64,000 nt of DNA from a virus: positions 8,950 to 72,949 of IMG/VR virus record IMGVR_UViG_3300036884_000163. One strand, 5' to 3'. The first letter of the stretch is position 1. Each line of letters begins with the position of its first letter. Both the position numbers and the translations under genes were made by a program. The notes under the pieces are model-generated. The model was not told the origin of the DNA. It made no database searches and worked only from the letters and a program-made list of their open reading frames with translations. Below, piece after piece: positions 8,807-19,800 of the stretch.

Positions 8807-10072
8807 TTATACAACAACTTGCTCGCGGGTCGGCCATCTCATTCCTTTTTCTTTGGCCGCATCCCCAAAACGATCAGGGAATCTGGGGCCGACCTTGCCG
8901 GGAGTTACCGAGTTGGCATCGGTACCACTGGAGGATTTCGCAACATTGCTGTTGAGATTCTCATTTGCCCCAGCTTTAGCTCCTGCGGTTCCGAGAGATG
9001 GCCGAACATCGGGGGCAGTCGATCCGCGATCTGTTCCAGTTCCAGCGTTTTCTCTTTGCGCTTCATTGCTTCCCTTCTCCAGATGCCGCAACGGCACCTT
9101 GTCAATCACTCGACCGTCGCTGAGGGTTACCCGTGCATTCGCTTGGTCTGCCCAGTTCACGCTGCCAGTTGCGCCCGCGGGAATGATGTGCGACTCTCCG
9201 TTACCCTTGGAGAGTTGCACCTTGTTCGGGAAGGTTACGGAGTCGCCTTTGGCAAAGGCTGCGCCGTTCCCAGCAGATGAAACATCTCCTGCATTCGCCG
9301 GTTCAGATACTCGTCCAGCGACGTTGGTGCCAGAGACTTCGGCGAGAGCACCATTGGAATGCTCATGTCCAACTGGTACGGTTCCTTCCCCTCTGGGAAC
9401 ACGTACAGTTTCTCCCCCGACTTTATCACGAACATTCCCGGCGGGAGGTGCGGATTCACTTCTAATTTCAGGTCCATTCTTTGATTCTACTCCCCCTGCC
9501 GCTGGCTGCGCATCTACAACTTCAAATTTTGGGGCAGGAGTTTTGCCGTCAACAACCTCATATTGCGGGGCGGCAAGGTCGGCTGCTTTCTGGCGCCCCG
9601 TTACGCGTGGTACCGCTGTTGATCGTGCTTCCGAAGCTTTCGCGGTTTCCTTGGCGTTATCGTCGGCGATCTTGTCGCGGCGAGACACTTCTTCATTGAT
9701 GACGCGTTGAGCGATGGTATCCGCCTGCTCTGGCGTTTTGACGATTTCCAGTTTGCCGCCGATTACAATCTTGCCTTGCTGCAGGATGGTTTTGGCCAGT
9801 TCTCCGTGAGTCTGAATCATGGCCTGCGACCTCTGGCCAGACGGAAGAGTCGCTAGATGGTCGCCAATTTCACTGATTTGCTGGTGGCCGACTTCGTGGA
9901 CTGGCGGAGGGGCTTGTAGGGGCGGCGGAGGGGGCGGCGGGTCAACTGGAGGCAACCCTTGCGCAATCCGGCCAGCTCGCTGCCGCACGATATCGTATTC
10001 TGCGATGAGAGTGGCCACGGGATCTGGTGGCATCGGCAGTCCGAATTGTGGAGTCATTGGTTGAGTTGACAT
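8807..10072 (-). CDS. Pro/Ala-rich hypothetical protein, possibly virion-associated
   Basis: 421-aa ORF with low-complexity linkers and an SH3-like beta segment (FAKGDSV...ARVTLSDGRV). Confidence 0.5.
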   Translation of the reverse strand: MSTQPMTPQFGLPMPPDPVATLIAEYDIVRQRAGRIAQGLPPVDPPPPPPPLQAPPPVHEVGHQQISEIGDHLATLPSGQRSQAMIQTHGELAKTILQQGKIVIGGKLEIVKTPEQADTIAQRVINEEVSRRDKIADDNAKETAKASEARSTAVPRVTGRQKAADLAAPQYEVVDGKTPAPKFEVVDAQPAAGGVESKNGPEIRSESAPPAGNVRDKVGGETVRVPRGEGTVPVGHEHSNGALAEVSGTNVAGRVSEPANAGDVSSAGNGAAFAKGDSVTFPNKVQLSKGNGESHIIPAGATGSVNWADQANARVTLSDGRVIDKVPLRHLEKGSNEAQRENAGTGTDRGSTAPDVRPSLGTAGAKAGANENLNSNVAKSSSGTDANSVTPGKVGPRFPDRFGDAAKEKGMRWPTREQVVV

Positions 10073-10073
10073 G

Positions 10074-10103
10074 AAAAGAACCAGGCCGGACTCTAATCCG
10101 GCC
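10074..10103 (-). terminator. probable intrinsic terminator
   Basis: GGCCGGA/TCCGGCC stem followed by TGGTTCTTTT on the minus strand. Confidence 0.55.
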
Positions 10104-10125
10104 CTTTCCTGCTCTGTAAAGCGAC

Positions 10126-10548
10126 TTACCTGATGACGTTGCCCCTGAATTTAGCGGTAGCGGGCACAGGAGCCGAGTCGGTGACATCCAACTCAACCGG
10201 CGCCGTGCTAGTGCCAGCGGCAGTCGGAGTGCCTGCCAAGGTGATGTTGCCATTGCCGTCTTCTGCAAAACTCACGCCAGCAGGCAGCGCGGCAGAATTC
10301 GGATCGGCAGAGTAGCTGTAAGGCGGAACGCCACCATTGACGGTGGCTACAGCCGTGCCATCGGCGGCAACGCCTTGGGTAAGCGTGATGGTTTCTGAGG
10401 CCGGGGTGACGGTGAGCGGTGCGACCGGCGGGTTGACATTGAAGACTACGGAGAGTGTGACTTCGGACATGTGAAATTCCTTTCGGTTGTGAAGTAGGTA
10501 CTCAAGGATGCGGAGAAGTTCCCCGGAATGTGTCTCATGATGGGACAT
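10126..10548 (-). CDS. Ig-like domain protein (putative decoration); alternative start 10470
   Basis: GGVPPYSYS..LPAGVSF..ITLAGTPTAAGT..VTDS, a He_PIG/cadherin-like pattern. Confidence 0.75.
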   Translation of the reverse strand: MSHHETHSGELLRILEYLLHNRKEFHMSEVTLSVVFNVNPPVAPLTVTPASETITLTQGVAADGTAVATVNGGVPPYSYSADPNSAALPAGVSFAEDGNGNITLAGTPTAAGTSTAPVELDVTDSAPVPATAKFRGNVIR

Positions 10549-10563
10549 GGAGCCTCGGTGGAA

Positions 10564-10974
10564 CTAGGATTTCCCGAAGGCAATTTTCTTCGGCTTATGG
10601 GCAGACGTTTTCGCGGCGGTTTCCTGTTCGTCCACGGCGACATCGAGATCGTCGGCAGAGGGCAGATCGTCGGCCGGTTCGTGGTCGGGGCGCACGTTCT
10701 CTTCGTGCGGAGCAATCCAGTAGAACGACTGTTTATCCACGTCGTCCTTGTGCGGAACAAACAGCGTCCGGTGGAGGGTGTCCGCCCAGTTAATGCCGTT
10801 TAGCGCGTGATGCGCGTCAGTGGCGTCGAAGTAGACGAGGTTGAGAGTGAGTTGGCCGTGGCCTTCGACGGTATTGGAGCCGATGACCAGGGCGTCGTAG
10901 CGTTCGTACTTGCCTTGACCGGGCTTCTTTTCGGCTTTGTAGGTGAACAGCAGAACGTGCTTGGGCACTTCCAT
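10564..10974 (-). CDS. hypothetical protein
   Basis: AAGGAG RBS, in the late operon. Confidence 0.6.
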   Translation of the reverse strand: MEVPKHVLLFTYKAEKKPGQGKYERYDALVIGSNTVEGHGQLTLNLVYFDATDAHHALNGINWADTLHRTLFVPHKDDVDKQSFYWIAPHEENVRPDHEPADDLPSADDLDVAVDEQETAAKTSAHKPKKIAFGKS

Positions 10975-11039
10975 TTGAGTCTCCTTTGAAATTGTTGGGG
11001 ATTGAGTTGCTGGCCTTGCGGGGCTTTATACTTTGCTAC

Positions 11040-14000
11040 CTACTTCGGCGGTCCCCACGCCAGTTTGCCGTTCGCATCCCGAACCGCGCGCGCATGGATT
11101 TGTTTTGTCCGTGGATCGCGCAGGATGCTGGTGTCGTTCTGGGGCTTGAATTTCTCCGCCCCTTGCGGTACGGCAAAGGGAGTTGTAGAATCGGGGGCAG
11201 AGGTGGTTATGGGCGTACCTGAGTGGGGCTGTGTGATATTTGTGCTTTGGTTTGCTGTGGAGCTAGTAGCAGAAACGAGACGGGACGTACCAGGCTGGCC
11301 TTGGCCTAAATCGCGATCTCGTAAATCACGATCTCGTTCCTGATCGCCAGTTATACCGCCAGCGATTGCAGCCGTGCCCACGCTTTTCTTGATGATAGCG
11401 CTTGCCGCGCGTGCCAACCCTGGTCGCGTTGCCAACTCCATCCAGAGCTTAGGTCCATAACTTATCGCCGCGCCGCCCGCAAAAGTGAGAGGACTAGCCG
11501 CGAGCGCACCTTTCGCCATGGTGACCAACCCAAAAAGCTGTCGAATGGCGAACATCCGCCCCATCATTCCAGCACCGCCGCCAATTCCCTTGCTCAATGC
11601 GTAGTCATTGAGACTCTGGGTGAAATCATCCATCGCCTTCAGGTTTTCCTCGGGTAGAATGCGTTCCAGCGAGGGGCGGACTTTCGAGAACTCGCTTTGA
11701 AATTTACCGACATCAAAGATACCGTCAGTTGATCCGAATGCGCCTTGCACCATGGCGTTATCGCTGGCGTTGCGGAAAATGCGCTGTCCGAGTTGCGCTC
11801 GCAGTTGTGTCGCTTGCGGGTGCTTGTCGATCACTTCGAGCAATTTATCGGTGTACTCTTGGCTGTTGCCTGCGCGCTCGACGAGTTTCGATGGTTCCAA
11901 TTCATTCGCCGCAGTGTCGGCAACTTTCTGTGTCCCTTTTTCAGTGACTGATGGAGTTTCCATGCGCTGTGAGGCAGATCTCGCGCCAGTTGCCCGCCGT
12001 TCCGCAGCCACCACAGCCGAATTTTTGGTCACGTCCACACCCGCCACCTTCGCGGCCTTTTCTGAGGTCTCAGCCTTGGCGATCTTTTGCAGTTGATCGT
12101 CGAGCGCCATTTCCTGCGGCGAACGCTGCGCCATGCGCTTGCTATCAAGGTCTTTTACGAACTTGGTATATTTTTCCTCGCCCAAAAGAGTCTTGAGCGC
12201 TGGCGAACTTTGCGCGTTGCGGTGCGCCAGATCGTAATCGATCGCCTCGGGGCGCACACTGGCTGGCAAATCTGAGGAACCGGACGTAACCTTGGTGCTT
12301 TTCCGCAACACATAGTCCATGGCCCCACGCTGCGCCGTAGCTAAGCCTTCTCCTGTCTTGTCGGCATCTAACGCTGTTCTCAAGTCGGCAATGTCCGCTT
12401 CGTTCCCAGAGCGCATAACGGCTCCAATGACTTTCGCGGGATCGTCGCTTAATACCATACGGCGGATAAATTTAGGATCGACGAACGTTGCCTTACGATC
12501 CACCGTCAGCGCGTTTGCCTCATTGAATTGCTTCGTGAGGTCCGGATGTGGTTCAAGCGATTTCTTCATCGCATCCGACATGCTCCCATACAGTTCTTGC
12601 TGAACGCGGACAGCGTTGCCACCCATCCCCGTTTGTTGGAAGTGTTTGCGAGCCCCCTGAAGTGATTCCCGGACCGCTGTACGTCCGGTCTTCATGATGT
12701 CGTAAGGCACTCCGGCCTCAAGTGGCTGAACGCCTTGCTTTGCTGCCTCAGTTTCGACTCGCTGCAGTGCATCTTTCCAGTTCGTGCCGCCAGCTCCTCT
12801 CGTTATTTCCTTCCCACTAGGAGGGGATTCTGCGAGAGACTTAAGTTCCACATAATTGTGCCCAGTCATGGCCTCTGCATACGGATCGAGGGGGCTGTTT
12901 GCAGCTTCACCTTCGGATGCGCGCTCAAGCATTTTTAGAACGCTTGCTGGAATCGAGGAAGTAATGAGATCGCGGGCCGGGCCTTCCAATTGCACAACGC
13001 TCTTCGCAACATCTTGCATCGGTTTTGTATCAACAACTATCCCGCGATCTTTTGCTGCCTTCGTGAGTTGATTGTGCGCCGCCGATTCTTCTCCCTTGGC
13101 GGCATCGTTCGCTCCTCGCAAGGAAGTAATGATCTGTCGGTCGGCTTCCGGCACTGGCAATTCATCCCGGCCCGAAATGTCTTTTGCGGTCTGTTTCCCG
13201 GATTGAATATCGGCGCTGCGGCGTGCGTCCAAATCTCGCGTTGCAGATGCCTGAGCTTCCCTGCCCGCTGTTTCTGTGGCGGCGACCCTAGTCGTTTCCG
13301 CTTCGTCTTGAGCGCGATTAGCTAAATCTTTGACCAATCCTTGCGCTTCGCCTTGGCGTTGTAATACATCGCGCGCCGCGCCTTGAACGGCGGCACCAGT
13401 TGTTTCTGGAGTTCCTGCTTCTGGGCTAACTTTCGCCGCTGCATCCGTCATGGCGGCGGTTCGATTACTCATCACATCTTGCATTCGGTTCTGAGACGTG
13501 CCCATGCGACTAAGCAGCTTTTCGGCACCCTGCTTTAGTCCGGCTCCCGCTGCTTCCCCAGAAGTCAAGGGAGCGCCTGGAATCGGCTCCCGCGCCGCCG
13601 GATGGATGCTTTTCATTAATCCTTCCCCAGCAACCGCAGTCAGTGCTTGACCTGCGCCTTGTGCCGCTGTATCCTCCGCGGCATTTAGATAGCTTCCAGT
13701 TGGATCGGATGACTGGTCAATATCGTGGATTGCTCCAACTATTTTGGTGGCATCGGCGGCGGAATGGCCGAGGCTCTGCAAGGTTCGGTGCAGGGGAAGG
13801 GCGGCCGGACTCATGGCGGCGATGCCGAGTTCGGTGTTATCTTTCGGTGCGGCGAACATATCCCACGCGCCTTTAAGAGCACCCTTGGTACCTTCCGCCA
13901 CTTTATTAAGACCATGGATGGTCGCTCCCGCTACTCCCGCTGGGCCGGTATAGCCGAGATATTCCTTGTCGGTCTTTTCCGTGGGCTGAGTCAGCGTGTC

Positions 14001-14180
14001 CCAGACTGAGGGTTGTGCTGGGGCTTGTGACGCTGGTGGCTTGGCAGGCACGGACGAAATAGCGCTGACCGGCTTGGCGATAGCCGCAAAAGGATCGGTA
14101 GCCGTCTGCATCGCTGGCGGCATGGCTCCGCTGGAAGCAATTGGGCTAGCGATGGCCGCGAAGGGGTCTTGATCTGGCAT
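11040..14180 (-). CDS. large internal virion (DNA ejection) protein
   Basis: 1046 aa, Ala-rich helical, DPFAAIA N-terminal repeats; third gene of the coupled ejection trio. Confidence 0.7.
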   Translation of the reverse strand: MPDQDPFAAIASPIASSGAMPPAMQTATDPFAAIAKPVSAISSVPAKPPASQAPAQPSVWDTLTQPTEKTDKEYLGYTGPAGVAGATIHGLNKVAEGTKGALKGAWDMFAAPKDNTELGIAAMSPAALPLHRTLQSLGHSAADATKIVGAIHDIDQSSDPTGSYLNAAEDTAAQGAGQALTAVAGEGLMKSIHPAAREPIPGAPLTSGEAAGAGLKQGAEKLLSRMGTSQNRMQDVMSNRTAAMTDAAAKVSPEAGTPETTGAAVQGAARDVLQRQGEAQGLVKDLANRAQDEAETTRVAATETAGREAQASATRDLDARRSADIQSGKQTAKDISGRDELPVPEADRQIITSLRGANDAAKGEESAAHNQLTKAAKDRGIVVDTKPMQDVAKSVVQLEGPARDLITSSIPASVLKMLERASEGEAANSPLDPYAEAMTGHNYVELKSLAESPPSGKEITRGAGGTNWKDALQRVETEAAKQGVQPLEAGVPYDIMKTGRTAVRESLQGARKHFQQTGMGGNAVRVQQELYGSMSDAMKKSLEPHPDLTKQFNEANALTVDRKATFVDPKFIRRMVLSDDPAKVIGAVMRSGNEADIADLRTALDADKTGEGLATAQRGAMDYVLRKSTKVTSGSSDLPASVRPEAIDYDLAHRNAQSSPALKTLLGEEKYTKFVKDLDSKRMAQRSPQEMALDDQLQKIAKAETSEKAAKVAGVDVTKNSAVVAAERRATGARSASQRMETPSVTEKGTQKVADTAANELEPSKLVERAGNSQEYTDKLLEVIDKHPQATQLRAQLGQRIFRNASDNAMVQGAFGSTDGIFDVGKFQSEFSKVRPSLERILPEENLKAMDDFTQSLNDYALSKGIGGGAGMMGRMFAIRQLFGLVTMAKGALAASPLTFAGGAAISYGPKLWMELATRPGLARAASAIIKKSVGTAAIAGGITGDQERDRDLRDRDLGQGQPGTSRLVSATSSTANQSTNITQPHSGTPITTSAPDSTTPFAVPQGAEKFKPQNDTSILRDPRTKQIHARAVRDANGKLAWGPPK

Positions 14181-15400
14181 TACGGGGTTACCTGGTGTCC
14201 GAATGATTGAATGGCTTGCTTGATTTCAGCGTCAGATTTCCCTTTGTACTGCGGAAGCTGGCGGGCGGCTGCCAGACTCACCCCTTTGCCGCTACTCGGC
14301 GCTCCTGCGCTCGGTGCCGCGCCCGACGCACTACGAACTGAGGTCAACCGCTGGTTAACCTCATCGTTGACGGTCTGGATTTCCTTGTTTTTGTTCCCCG
14401 TCAATTTATTCCAATAAGGATGCTCTTTCCAGTCGTTCTCGATGGAAGTGAGTCGTGCTTTCCTTTCGTCTTCTAGGGATTTCGCGTCCGTGCCGATGGA
14501 GAACTTCTGGCGATCGTTCTCATTTTTCTGTTCTCGTATTTGGTTAGCCATGTCTTGCATACGTCCCTGCTGCTCGATGGACATCTGTTTGAGATCCAAC
14601 CCTCGACTCTTGGATTCCAAGTCGTTCGAAATCTTCGCAAGAGCAGCGTCTTTCTGATCCGACTCCTTGATTTTCGCGGTATCGGCAATTTGCTGCCTGA
14701 GATCGTCAATGGACTTGTTTTGCTTTTCTGTTTCCGCTTCCTTTTTGGCGTTGATCTGGTTTGTTGCCCCTTCCTGCATAACTCGAGCGTAGTCCGAGGC
14801 AAGAGCGTTGCCGCGGCCCAGGTCTTCACCTTCGGTTTTCCACTGGCTTTCCTGCTGGCCGTAGGCGGTCTGGGCCCGGTCCCATGGGCCATACTTAAAA
14901 GCCTGTCCAGCTTTCGCGCCAGCTTCGTAGCCTCCCCCCCCTAATCCAGCCGCAGCCCCAATAAACGGCGAGACGATCTTCTTCCAGAGCGGCGGTTTGT
15001 AATCTTCGTAGTTCGGAGCGGTTGGCTTGCGTCCCTGCCAATCCGTCTCCGCCTGCTGGCGTTGCTTGATGAAGTCAAGACCAGATTGCGTAGCCTTGGC
15101 TTGCGGGTTTTGAGCCGGATCATCAGAGGGTGCGGGCGGTGGCGCGGATGAAGCGCCGGTGGCTTTACCCCAATCCATCGTTCCTGTTGGCGAAGGAGGC
15201 GTGTAAGTAGGCACCGGACCGCGCTGTTGCATGGGAACTTGCGGTGGTACGGCTGGAGGAGGAGCCACTGGCTGAACCTGCGGCATGGCCGCCGCGGGCT
15301 GCATCGGTTGCGGAGGCATACCGGGCGTGGGCGGTACAGCCCCTTTGGCGAGGGCGGCCTTTAAGAGATCGGGATTCATCGCTGGCATCCAGGAACTCAT
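14180..15400 (-). CDS. internal virion (ejection) protein
   Basis: Pro-rich N-terminus, Gly-rich hydrophobic patch, coiled coil; stop/start coupled. Confidence 0.65.
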   Translation of the reverse strand: MSSWMPAMNPDLLKAALAKGAVPPTPGMPPQPMQPAAAMPQVQPVAPPPAVPPQVPMQQRGPVPTYTPPSPTGTMDWGKATGASSAPPPAPSDDPAQNPQAKATQSGLDFIKQRQQAETDWQGRKPTAPNYEDYKPPLWKKIVSPFIGAAAGLGGGGYEAGAKAGQAFKYGPWDRAQTAYGQQESQWKTEGEDLGRGNALASDYARVMQEGATNQINAKKEAETEKQNKSIDDLRQQIADTAKIKESDQKDAALAKISNDLESKSRGLDLKQMSIEQQGRMQDMANQIREQKNENDRQKFSIGTDAKSLEDERKARLTSIENDWKEHPYWNKLTGNKNKEIQTVNDEVNQRLTSVRSASGAAPSAGAPSSGKGVSLAAARQLPQYKGKSDAEIKQAIQSFGHQVTP

Positions 15401-15969
15401 TAGGCTCCCCCTCCCGCTGCGCCTGCGGCTGCTTGCTTTGCGGAGCCTATGACATTGTTCCAGAACCCGTACTGCTGACCTGAGAGGTTGCTTAGATTAT
15501 TGAGTGCAGTCCCCTGCCCGCCGGTTGCCGTGCCGTACATGCCTTGCTCGGCTTGTGCCGCTCCGAGCGGCAAACCCGCAAGATACTGCTGATACTGGAG
15601 GTTCTTGCTGTAGTCCTGCGCTGCGCGCTGGGCGCTCAAGGTATCGGCTTCGCGGCCAGTTTGCAACGTCACATCCCGCTGCGCGAGCGGAACCTGAGAG
15701 GAATTCAGTCCCCCGGTTGCTTTCGACCAGCGTGCCATCTCCGCCTTGCCGGAATTGGCATTCGTGTTCAGGGCTTCCGACTGCAACTTGTTCTGATTGG
15801 AAAGGTATGCAGTGGACTTATAGGGGTCGGCACCAACATCCTGGCCAGAGTCCAGTTTGCCAATATTGGCGTTGTATTGGGCAACGTCGCCCTGCTCCTG
15901 GCCATAAGCGGTTTTGCTCTCCGTGCCGTAAGTGTCATTGGCAGCTTTTGCCGCACTATCCCGCGCCAT
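15400..15969 (-). CDS. small internal virion (ejection/pilot) protein
   Basis: Q/A/G-rich composition and position of a podovirus ejection protein. Confidence 0.6.
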   Translation of the reverse strand: MARDSAAKAANDTYGTESKTAYGQEQGDVAQYNANIGKLDSGQDVGADPYKSTAYLSNQNKLQSEALNTNANSGKAEMARWSKATGGLNSSQVPLAQRDVTLQTGREADTLSAQRAAQDYSKNLQYQQYLAGLPLGAAQAEQGMYGTATGGQGTALNNLSNLSGQQYGFWNNVIGSAKQAAAGAAGGGA

Positions 15970-15972
15970 CGG

Positions 15973-16401
15973 TTAGTCCTTTCCAATCCACTTGCTGTAC
16001 GGCGTGACTTCCGACTGATCTTCGCGCACGAATCCGAAATGCTTCAGGATGCGCTCGATGGCTGTAGGCTTCTTGGGACGGCTGCGAATCAAGGCCGCGT
16101 TCGGAATGAAAGCGTGGACGGAGCGGATGCGGTAGCCTTCGCAGACTGTCCGCATGGCCTTTGCTGCCTTATCCCACTCTTTCAGAGGAAGAGGTACTTC
16201 ACCAAGCAGTACAATCTCCGCCTGTGCTTCGAGTTGTGCTGCATTTGTCACTACACCATCGCGTTCGTAGACCAACCCTACAAGCGATGGCCGTTTGTCG
16301 AGTTCCGCTAATGGGAACTTCATTCCCAGCCGAGATTCCATCTGCGCGTGCATGGTGTCCACGGCTTCTTTATCGCTGGCTTCATAGCCGCGCCAGCCCA
16401 T
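15973..16401 (-). CDS. GNAT-like virion assembly protein
   Basis: Size and position between nozzle and ejection genes; RILKHFGFVRE motif. Confidence 0.5.
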   Translation of the reverse strand: MGWRGYEASDKEAVDTMHAQMESRLGMKFPLAELDKRPSLVGLVYERDGVVTNAAQLEAQAEIVLLGEVPLPLKEWDKAAKAMRTVCEGYRIRSVHAFIPNAALIRSRPKKPTAIERILKHFGFVREDQSEVTPYSKWIGKD

Positions 16402-16823
16402 TATGGAATCACCACCTGGCCGCTGCGGACTGGGCCTGTAAATGTCTTGCCGTCGAAACTGGAACGTACTTCAAAATGGAAGGTTCCAGATCCCAATTCC
16501 TTCGTGTCGATGTACGTCTGGTGCGTGATTCCAAAATCCGTCACGCTCTTGTTGAACTGTGGGAACGGACTGGCTCGTATCCAGTGACGAATCGGAGCGG
16601 CAATCGGATTGCCCCGGCTCGTTTGGAATTCTGGATTCACGATACGGATGAATGCGTGTCCGGGCGCGCTCGGATTTACAGTCACGTTCAAAATCGCTTT
16701 TGGGGGTGCCGGTGCTTTGCGGCCATTCTCGAAACTTTGCAGGTTCGCGGCTGCTTCGAGATTGTTCAGCCGCTCATAGATCCGGCGCACGAAGCTCTGC
16801 TGTGCATGATCGGGGAAGGCCAA
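16401..16823 (-). CDS. hypothetical structural protein with FN3-like C-terminus; start uncertain
   Basis: FHFEVRSSFDG beta pattern; coupled to the next gene. Confidence 0.5.
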   Translation of the reverse strand: MAFPDHAQQSFVRRIYERLNNLEAAANLQSFENGRKAPAPPKAILNVTVNPSAPGHAFIRIVNPEFQTSRGNPIAAPIRHWIRASPFPQFNKSVTDFGITHQTYIDTKELGSGTFHFEVRSSFDGKTFTGPVRSGQVVIP

Positions 16824-16896
16824 TATGCTCGGCGCTGGCGTCTTGTATGAGATACCATTCTCCTATGCTGAAACATGGTAAGGTATAGAAAACACT

Positions 16897-19800
16897 CTAT
16901 TTTGAGTACTCCAGCGGTTTGAACCAAAGAAACTCTTCGACCAACTGGAACCACGCGCCCGGCACTCCGCCGTTGGAAAATTCACACGAGAGAAGCTCGT
17001 TGTCGCCCATGATCCCTACAGCAAAATAGGTGACAGGAGCGCTTCCTGGCACTTGCGCCTGCCCTTCGTCCAGATTCACAATCTCGGGATCTTCCTCATA
17101 CGTCGGGTCATAGGTGCGCGGCGTAATTTCAACGTCGCCGCTCCCCAGCATGTGTCCTGTGCAAGCGCTGAACCGCAGATAGCGCCCGCCCGCCGGAAAC
17201 TGCTGGCTGGGTGGCTCCTTGGCATACGATGGCCAGTAACGCGACTCGTACCCGGCTCCCAAGTCGTCGTAGGCTCCGGGCTGCATATAGAGCACACTGA
17301 CGGAATTGGCGGTACTTGGGTATTGGCCAATCAGCAGTTGATGGTAATTGCATCGCTGATCGACGGGAGTTGCCAAAGTCCGCTTGACCATCGCCATCGA
17401 GCGCGTCGGAATGGGGTCAATGTTCCAGCGCCGCGACGTCCGGTTCGCCACCCACTCTCCGCTCAATGTCAGCATCAACGGATCTTGCCAGCCGTTGAAG
17501 TAGCTCATAGTCAGGATGTGCGACGGGGTTGTAGCGCCGTCAAGCGGAACCGCAATCTTGACTTCTTTCGCGATGTCATCCACCACAACTTGAATTTGCG
17601 CGCCCGCAGCCCGGTTCACCCGGTCCCATATCGCCATGCGCGATGCGTCTTGGTTGTTTGCTCCGCTCAGTTCCTTCGAGAGCCAGTCGAGTTCTCCCTG
17701 TCCGAGCGTTGGGGGCCATTTGTACAGGCCCGATTCCGGATCCACGAACATGGCGAAATCAAGTCCTGTGGTGCCATCGCGCCCGGTGGCGATATTGCGG
17801 CCCGACTGCGGGCCGTGGATTCCCCAGCGCCGGCTCTGTCCCCAGCGTGCGGGAGCGTCTGCCGTGGGAAGGATCTGGTAGCCGCCATTTTCTTTGAACG
17901 CGATAATGTCGCCGTTCAGCAGTTCCCGGACTCCAACCAGCCGCGAACCATTGGACGGCTCAATCGCTTGCACATCATTCAATCCATCCACTTCGCCCAT
18001 AAACGAATTCTCGGAAAACACTGCCGTGCTCGGCTCCGCGTCGGTCACATAGGCCATCCGCTGTACCGAGGGCAGATAGGCCAGATCAATACACTGCGGC
18101 AGAGCCACAAAGAGCAAGTTTCCAGTCACGTCAACGCCTTGCGGCAAGGTCGAATCGTCGAACTGCAAGAGAATTCCAACTTTCCCGGGCGCCACTTGCG
18201 TTGGCTCCGTCTGTACAACCGTCATGGTGACGCCGAGTATTGGGGCCGGATAGACACCTACCGGCATGGTATCGGGCAGGGTCACTACATTGTTCGATGT
18301 GCCGATGGTGGCAAGCACGCGTTGCCCGTTCATCTTGGTATGAGGAGCCGTCCAGCCCGCGATCAGCACGGTATCGCCCGCAGCGAGTCCAATGGTCGAG
18401 CCGACCGTCATAAACGCATTGCCGTTCCCGTCGGTGCTTTCGACCAGAATCGAGGTTGAGAACGGGTTGGCCGGGGTAGAGTCGGTCAGGTAATTGAACG
18501 GGCCATCGACGCCCAATCCGGCTACTGTGAAGGCGAGCACATCGTAAGAGTATCCCGGCCCTTCCTGAACGCCTGGCGGGATGACCGCGACCGGGCACGG
18601 GCCGGCGGCGAAGCTGACAATCGCCGAAGATGGAGTAGCGCTCGGGGTGAACCCCGCTGCGCTGTAGATCACCAACGTGCCTTGCGGGAACGAGACTGCC
18701 GCTTCTATAAAATTCCCGTCCCAGCCTACCGACATCGACGGGTAAATGGCGAAGATAGAGTAGTCTCCACTCCACTCCTGGTTCAGTTGAGACTGCACGT
18801 TGATGAGCATCCCCGGACTGTACTCGGTGACATCGTTCACCGCGAGATACATGTACTGTGGCAGCGGCGGACTCGCGGGAACGCCTGCGGTTATCACGTC
18901 ATAGGAGGTGAGGGTCTTGCCAATGCCAGTGATTTTGCTGGTTAAGTTGGTGGGAGAACTCCCGTAATATAGAGTCCAACTGTCTTCAAGGCTATCGCCC
19001 GGCAACTGCAACTCCATCGTCACCAGATAGGTATTGCTGTAGTAGTAGTAAGTTACGTTAAATGGACCTAACACCTGAGTCCAGGCCACTTCTACGCCGC
19101 TTACAACCTTGGCGATTTGCGCGTAGTATGTGCCGCCGGGAATCGTCGGACTGCTCGGATTCGTCAGCTTGACGGTAGCGATGTTGACGGTGAGTGGAAT
19201 GGATTGGGCTACGTCGGCAACAAACGCGCCTACACTAATTCCCGCCGGCCGGTAACTCGCACCGGCAAACTGCACTGGAAGAACTCCTTGCGGATCGACC
19301 GGGCTGAGGTCTCCCATCGTGTTCTGCCGCAGCAGAACGGCGTTCCGGACTCCGCCTTCGCCCATGAACTGCTCGGTTGAAATCGCCGCTGTGGGGATGG
19401 TCCGCGGCGTAAACAGCGTCCCCGATCCAGGAATGGACGTAACCACCAGCGGCCCATCGGCTGAAGCAGTGCCGTACAGGCGATATTGCGTGGGGGCGGC
19501 AGCGTTATGTGCAACTGACGCAACGTAGATGTTGATGCACTGCGAGGATGGCCAGTGCAGTCCATCGGTAGTCGTCCCAAGGTTCATCACCGACATCAGC
19601 CAAGTCGGCATCGGCGGTCCACTCGCCGCGCTCGGCCGATTGAATGTGTAAGTCAGCGTGGCCGCTGCCGAAGTATTTGTATATGCGAACGGTTGCGTCC
19701 AAATGCTTTCGCCAAGATCGTTGAAATAGCAAAAACACATGTAGACATCGAGGTTCGCCGCGATCGTTCCGCCACCCGTCTGCTGGATTAGACCTGCTGG

